A stretch of 10,972 bases of DNA from a virus (Duplodnaviria; Heunggongvirae; Uroviricota; Caudoviricetes): the IMG/VR virus record IMGVR_UViG_2541047952_000005, positions 1 through 10,972 of that record. One strand, given 5' to 3'. Below, piece by piece: positions 7,095 through 10,972 of this stretch. The notes under the pieces are model-generated. The model was given only the letters and a program-made list of their open reading frames with translations, searched no databases and was not told where the DNA came from. Both the position numbers and the translations under genes were made by a program. Within the stretch, counting starts at the first letter, position 1, and every line of letters starts with the position of its first letter.

Positions 7095-7417
7095 ATGTCA
7101 TTCAGCGAGGAGCTAATGTCAATGGAGCATGGATACGCTGGTCAGATGGTGCAATAGAAGTATTTGGAACTGGTGGTTCCAATGATAATGGGCTGGCTAA
7201 AGTCGTTTATCCAATTGCACTACCTAAGCTTTCACGTTTTATCAGCATAGCGGAAAGAATAAGAACAGATTACGAGGCCACACCTAATAACGTTCACGTT
7301 TCAATGATCGTGGATGACCAGGTCAGTAATACAGGTTTTTATGTCCGCTGCCAGATGTACGACGGAAGACCATCAACAAGTGCTTTTTCCTGGAGAGTTT
7401 ATTGTGCGCCTGTTTAA
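7076..7417 (+). CDS. silent alternative tail-fibre C-terminal cassette (about 113 codons), no start of its own
   Basis: Reading from the crossover core: GLGEARYVIQRGANVNGAWIRWSDGAIEVFGTGG...RVYCAPV, TAA at 7415-7417. Its first codons (GLGEAR) duplicate, in inverted orientation, the fibre sequence at the other crossover site, so inversion would give an in-frame fibre of about 210 aa. The track's 7079 start is a TTG inside the repeat. Confidence 0.6.
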   Translation, partial: GLGEARYVIQRGANVNGAWIRWSDGAIEVFGTGGSNDNGLAKVVYPIALPKLSRFISIAERIRTDYEATPNNVHVSMIVDDQVSNTGFYVRCQMYDGRPSTSAFSWRVYCAPV

Positions 7418-7601
7418 TCCTGTTACTTTGACTGAAGTAATCCCCGGTCTTCATGACGTGACCGGGGCTGTGGAATTACCAGAAGATAACTGGTTTTTTA
7501 CTGCATCTGAAATCCCTGAAGGAATGGAAATATCTGTTAACGAGAAGGGCGAACCCATTCTGATTGAGATTAAACCATCTCAGGTGGAACTGGCCAGATA
7601 A
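7404..7601 (+). CDS. small ORF (65 aa) paired with the silent cassette; possible alternative fibre chaperone, unverified
   Basis: GTG at 7404 with GGAGAG 6 nt upstream; TAA at 7599-7601. Its position immediately after the silent cassette mirrors the tfa position after the active cassette. No recognisable Tfa motif. Confidence 0.35.
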   Translation: MRLFNPVTLTEVIPGLHDVTGAVELPEDNWFFTASEIPEGMEISVNEKGEPILIEIKPSQVELAR

Positions 7602-7836
7602 CCCCCGGCGCGGTGCTGGTATCTGCTTCCATCACCGCGTCGATATTACCAACATCATATTCAGTCATTTCCGGTTCCGGTGGTGCTATAAACTCTCCGT
7701 CAGAATAGAACCAACCGACGCCTGCATCTATATGATCAACATTTATAATTTCGCAATTAGAGAATAAATCACCCTCTCCATCCCAGATAATAATATTTTT
7801 CACCACGCCATGTTCAATCAGAGCAAAATTACTCAT
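7570..7836 (-). CDS. tail-fibre assembly protein (Tfa-like chaperone), 88 aa
   Basis: C-terminus ...EADTSTAPGVIWPVPPEMV resembles the conserved C-terminal motif of lambda-type Tfa proteins as recalled. Start ATG overlaps the fibre stop (TGATG). Shorter than typical Tfa, so possibly internally deleted. Confidence 0.65.
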   Translation of the reverse strand: MSNFALIEHGVVKNIIIWDGEGDLFSNCEIINVDHIDAGVGWFYSDGEFIAPPEPEMTEYDVGNIDAVMEADTSTAPGVIWPVPPEMV

Positions 7837-8819
7837 CAGGCATACTCCTCAACAATAACTATTCCCGGGGCACCGTCACCTCCCGATTGAGCCTCACTTC
7901 CAGCAGGTGCGCAGGCTCCGCCTCCGCCAGCACCAAAGCCCTCAGCTTTACCACCACCACGTCCTCTGAATGATGAAGAACTTGCACCACCTATACCGCC
8001 TGAACCTAATGGTGTATCCCCCCCGGTACCACCTGCTACAGCTTTAACAGAGATAACCATTGCTCCTGGTGTTTTTGCACTACAGCGAAATGCTCTTAGT
8101 ACAGTGCCGGACGATGTCGGACTGGCACCCCATGAAATACCCTGAATATATGATGTGTTTGCAGATGCTCCCCCCGCGCCACCGCCTGTACCACCAGGTG
8201 CAGTTATCATGGAACCGAAATAAGTTGTGCCACCTTCACTACCTGAATTTCTTCCGGCTCCCCCCCCTTTACCTGCAGCACCGATAATAACGTTGACTTC
8301 GAAATCATTATCAACCTCGAAAAATGCTTCAATAAATGCGCCGCTCAATCCAGCTCCGGCTGTTGCCTGCTGATTTTCTGTTGTTTCAGGAACCCCACCG
8401 CCGCCGCCGCCACCACCAGAGGCAATGACCCTTATCTTTTTTGTCCCTGGTGTTGGGATATATTTTCCAGAGCTTTTAAAAATATTCGTGTTTAACAAAC
8501 GACCAGAGAATCTGGCTTCTCCCAAACCAAGGTTTTCGAGAGCCGTTTTCACCGTGCCGTCCGATTTGATATCGCCAAACGGATTCTTGCGGCTTAACAG
8601 CAGCGCACGAAGCGCGGTAAGCAGCTGGTCATGCCGCCCCTTCTCCAGGCTGGCACCGGACGCCTCCACCACGCTACAAAGTTCTTCCTGCAACATATCA
8701 AAATAGTCATCATCCAGATCGGTGGCAGGTGTGCCGGTCTGGGGGTTACCACGGGTAAAACCGTTCTTACCCGCGCCGAACTTATCCTTCTGCGCGGTTT
8801 TCGTGTCTATGCGATGCAT
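7836..8819 (-). CDS. phage tail-fibre protein, 327 aa: conserved N-terminal about 97 aa plus glycine-rich C-terminal domain in the current orientation
   Basis: ATG at 8819-8817 with GGAG upstream. N-terminus [21 protein letters not shown]... is of the e14/Mu-like side-tail-fibre type. The C-terminal 230 aa lie inside the invertible segment and are Gly-rich (GGGGGGGG, GGTGGGAGG, GAGGGGA). Confidence 0.88.
   Translation of the reverse strand: MHRIDTKTAQKDKFGAGKNGFTRGNPQTGTPATDLDDDYFDMLQEELCSVVEASGASLEKGRHDQLLTALRALLLSRKNPFGDIKSDGTVKTALENLGLGEARFSGRLLNTNIFKSSGKYIPTPGTKKIRVIASGGGGGGGGVPETTENQQATAGAGLSGAFIEAFFEVDNDFEVNVIIGAAGKGGGAGRNSGSEGGTTYFGSMITAPGGTGGGAGGASANTSYIQGISWGASPTSSGTVLRAFRCSAKTPGAMVISVKAVAGGTGGDTPLGSGGIGGASSSSFRGRGGGKAEGFGAGGGGACAPAGSEAQSGGDGAPGIVIVEEYA
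8510..8530. repeat. inverted repeat / recombination crossover site inside the tail-fibre gene
   Basis: ATCTGGCTTCTCCCAAACCAA, partner of 7074-7094. The 26-bp site 8517-8542, TTCTCCCAAACC AA GGTTTTCGAGAG, has palindromic half-sites and lies at fibre codons about 94-102 (ENLGLGEA). Confidence 0.8.
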
Positions 8820-8822
8820 GGA

Positions 8823-9407
8823 TTACTCCGGATATTTAAAAATTACGTAGGTATGCGACGGGCAGAGTTTGTTAAGCACACATTCGACGACGGTGTCGCC
8901 CCAGATACGCAGTGCGGAATCACAGGGAGCACCACATGTCATCCAGGTGGTGTTGGTGGCGGATGGCATGTTGACCTGCCAGTAATACCGCCATTCCGGC
9001 GCATTCACCGCGTCAGTACAGGCCGATGAGCAGGTGAACGTGCTTTTGTCGTATCGCGTGATGGTGGCGTCTGGTCTGCCCAGGGCAGCAAGCTGTGCAA
9101 GGTAAAAATCCTCATTGATGCCGCCCGCCAGGTTAACCTTCGCATCCAGCCGTTGCTGACGCTGGCGAAGGGTCTGCGTCCCTGCGGGAATACATTCATC
9201 CGGCAGGCCGCACAGACGCTCCCAGCGATTTATCAGTTCAGTGGTGGTACGCGGATCCAGCTCCCGCATCAGGGCATCCGCACGCTGATGAACACGGGTT
9301 AATGACGGTGCCGCACCGGCAATCGCCGGATCGCTGGCTGACCATGCCGGACCGGGCGGCAACAGTGCCGATAACAGGCGGATGTAATCATCGTTTGTCA
9401 CGTCCAT
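8823..9407 (-). CDS. phage tail/baseplate protein (Mu gp48 / P2 gpI-like, DUF2313-type)
   Basis: 194 aa. Assigned by position between the baseplate-J-like gene and the tail fibre and by the N-terminal [15 protein letters not shown]-type motif. Overlaps the upstream gene by 10 nt. Confidence 0.7.
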   Translation of the reverse strand: MDVTNDDYIRLLSALLPPGPAWSASDPAIAGAAPSLTRVHQRADALMRELDPRTTTELINRWERLCGLPDECIPAGTQTLRQRQQRLDAKVNLAGGINEDFYLAQLAALGRPDATITRYDKSTFTCSSACTDAVNAPEWRYYWQVNMPSATNTTWMTCGAPCDSALRIWGDTVVECVLNKLCPSHTYVIFKYPE

Positions 9408-10456
9408 GAAATCGTCCCCAGAACCGCCAGTTCATTTTTCGCAATGGAGATATTGTCTGCCGGTGCAAGCAACTGATGGCTGTATTCCCCGTTCGCACCG
9501 GAAATCGCTTCACTGATACGCGATACCTTCAGTTCTCCCTGCGGATAACCATCACGCAGCAGGAACGAACGCAACTCTGCGGTGATGGCAGCCCGTATTT
9601 CCGGTGTGTCCGGCGTCACGCGGATATGAAAATCCACCGTATGCGCCACCGGCCTGAACACATACAAATCAGAACCTGCCACCGGGGCCAGTGGCTCGAT
9701 GTGTTGTCGTACTGCCGTTTCCGTTGACTCTTCCGGAATGGGATTAATCAGGTCACTGCCGGCAATCATCACACCGACAGTTCCCGTTCCCATCCAGTGG
9801 CGGTATGTCCATGCGCGGGTAATGCCGGGCACTTCTTTAGCCCAGACGACATAGTCCCCGTCAGCCCCGCCCTGCGGCGTCCAGTAATACCGCTCAATGA
9901 CGCGGGCGCGCCACGTTTCCAGCTCTTCAGTATCAAATCCGCCTGTCAGAGTGTCAGCCACACCGGAAGACGGCAGACCATTCACCGGCGTGACCAGGAT
10001 TAATGCCGTACCGTCGTCAGCGTTACCGACCGCGCCTGCACTTGAGCAGGCGATCGGCACGCGCAGGACACCACCGGAGCTGGTTGCATCGGCAGTTGCC
10101 GTGTACTGAACCAGGTCATCGCGCTGAATAACACTCCCGGCAGTCACTTTCAGGCCATCGCTGACACCTTCCCAGCGCATATACCCGCTGGCAGCCGTGG
10201 CCCCCTTGCGCGGACACCGTTTCATCGCAGCATGTCGCGCCAGCCAGGACTCATCGCACAGGTCAGGAAGCATGTTCATTGCCAGATAATCGATGTAACC
10301 GTAAACCGTATGCAGCGCCGCCGCATACACCTTTGCCCGCACGTCTTCATCCATGCGCCGGAGCGTGTCGCTGACGTCCAGCCTGGCGAATAAATCGTTA
10401 CGGAGCATACTGATATTTTCTGCCAGCGTCGGGCGCTGAAATTCACTGTCCGCCAT
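9398..10456 (-). CDS. baseplate J-like protein (Mu gp47 / P2 gpJ family)
   Basis: 352 aa, GC-rich, translationally coupled to both neighbours. Assigned by size and conserved order (gp46-like, J-like, gp48-like, fibre, tfa, invertase). Confidence 0.75.
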   Translation of the reverse strand: MADSEFQRPTLAENISMLRNDLFARLDVSDTLRRMDEDVRAKVYAAALHTVYGYIDYLAMNMLPDLCDESWLARHAAMKRCPRKGATAASGYMRWEGVSDGLKVTAGSVIQRDDLVQYTATADATSSGGVLRVPIACSSAGAVGNADDGTALILVTPVNGLPSSGVADTLTGGFDTEELETWRARVIERYYWTPQGGADGDYVVWAKEVPGITRAWTYRHWMGTGTVGVMIAGSDLINPIPEESTETAVRQHIEPLAPVAGSDLYVFRPVAHTVDFHIRVTPDTPEIRAAITAELRSFLLRDGYPQGELKVSRISEAISGANGEYSHQLLAPADNISIAKNELAVLGTISWT

Positions 10457-10871
10457 GCGTTATCGCACTCCACAGATCATCAAAAGAAATCATTACCGGT
10501 CCGTCACGACGCCAGAGAGTGATACTGTTACCCAGTTCATTAATCCCGGTGCGGCGGATATCCAGATCAATACGGGACACCACGCCGTCATCAATCATCC
10601 ATTGCAGGCATTCGCGGATATACCCCCTTACCGTCAGCACCAGCTGATTGGTCAGTTTGCTGCGCTGAAGCAGCCACAGCCGGGAGCCGTAACGGTCATT
10701 CTGTACCGCAGGCCAGGTATCCCCCCACCATCCCATCGGGACGTCGGCGTTGTCATCAGGCTCCGCCCGCCGCCAGGTAAACAGGGAAATCACCACGGCG
10801 CGGGTCAGCGGATCCAGCGGTGCGCTGGCGCAGGTGCGTTTACCGTTCACCGTCAGCCACAGTTCCATCAT
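10443..10871 (-). CDS. baseplate protein (Mu gp46 / P2 gpW-like)
   Basis: 142 aa; start ATGATG at 10871 overlaps the upstream stop (ATGA); 14-nt overlap with the J-like gene. Assigned by synteny and size. Confidence 0.65.
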   Translation of the reverse strand: MMELWLTVNGKRTCASAPLDPLTRAVVISLFTWRRAEPDDNADVPMGWWGDTWPAVQNDRYGSRLWLLQRSKLTNQLVLTVRGYIRECLQWMIDDGVVSRIDLDIRRTGINELGNSITLWRRDGPVMISFDDLWSAITHGGQ

Positions 10872-10972
10872 GCCTCCATCGCTTTATCAGGTTTGTCGGT
10901 GTTACTGCCCTGACCGTTCTCTCTGTGACGATGCCCGTTATAGGCAAGCCGCATCGCTGACATGGTGGTGCC
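10868..10972 (-). CDS. 3' end of an upstream tail/baseplate gene (possibly baseplate assembly V / Mu gp45-like); partial, runs off the window
   Basis: Minus-strand frame open from the window edge, ending ...NTDKPDKAMEA with TGA at 10870-10868 overlapping the next start. Not in the ORF track because no start is in the window. Confidence 0.4.
   Translation of the reverse strand, partial: GTTMSAMRLAYNGHRHRENGQGSNTDKPDKAMEA

Larger units (their letters stand above)
7074..8530. other. invertible DNA segment (about 1.46 kb) carrying alternative tail-fibre C-terminal cassettes and chaperone genes
   Basis: Bounded by the 21-bp perfect inverted repeats and adjacent to the invertase gene. One cassette is in frame with the fibre N-terminus in the present orientation; the other is promoterless and would become in frame after inversion. 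Confidence 0.75.

Noticed and set aside
7314-7767. ORF 7314..7601 with the ATG at 7314 as start, and ORF 7564..7767
   Set aside because: The 5' part of 7314..7601 overlaps the silent fibre cassette in another frame; only the 3' part from the GTG at 7404 with its ribosome-binding site is plausible. 7564..7767 is antisense to tfa.
7860-8420. Possible CRISPR-like or other direct-repeat array in the glycine-codon-rich region
   Set aside because: The repetition is irregular GGN-codon low complexity inside a coding frame, with no repeat-spacer periodicity.
8060-10913. Assorted ORFs 8060..8287, 8425..8706, 8631..9029, 9005..9199, 9476..9727, 9797..10003, 9897..10109, 10276..10473 and 10455..10913
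   Set aside because: All overlap, in antisense or alternative frames, the tightly packed and translationally coupled minus-strand tail gene array. GC-rich antisense frames are commonly open.

Overview
Read by eye from the sequence and ORF track; no database search or computation was run, so all family assignments rest on recalled motifs and synteny. The window is a mosaic accessory region of an enterobacterial-type genome. Left to right: (1) an unrecognised 277-aa ORF with a C-terminal hydrophobic helix (1-834); (2) an apparently intact 1,229-bp IS3-family insertion sequence (1079-2307, transposase on the minus strand) with a 3-bp CGG target duplication and a preserved -1 frameshift site; (3) a decayed SRAP/YedK-like pseudogene (about 2362-2708); (4) a strongly AT-rich 582-aa ORF with KAP-type P-loop NTPase motifs (2786-4534), the best candidate here for an undescribed phage-exclusion-type function; (5) a convergent umuDC operon with an SOS (LexA) box (4658-6387); (6) a Pin/Gin-type serine DNA invertase (6456-7007) beside a roughly 1.46-kb invertible tail-fibre segment bounded by 21-bp perfect inverted repeats (7074-7094 and 8510-8530); (7) Mu/e14-like tail-fibre and baseplate genes running to the window edge. 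No rRNA, tRNA or CRISPR array was seen.
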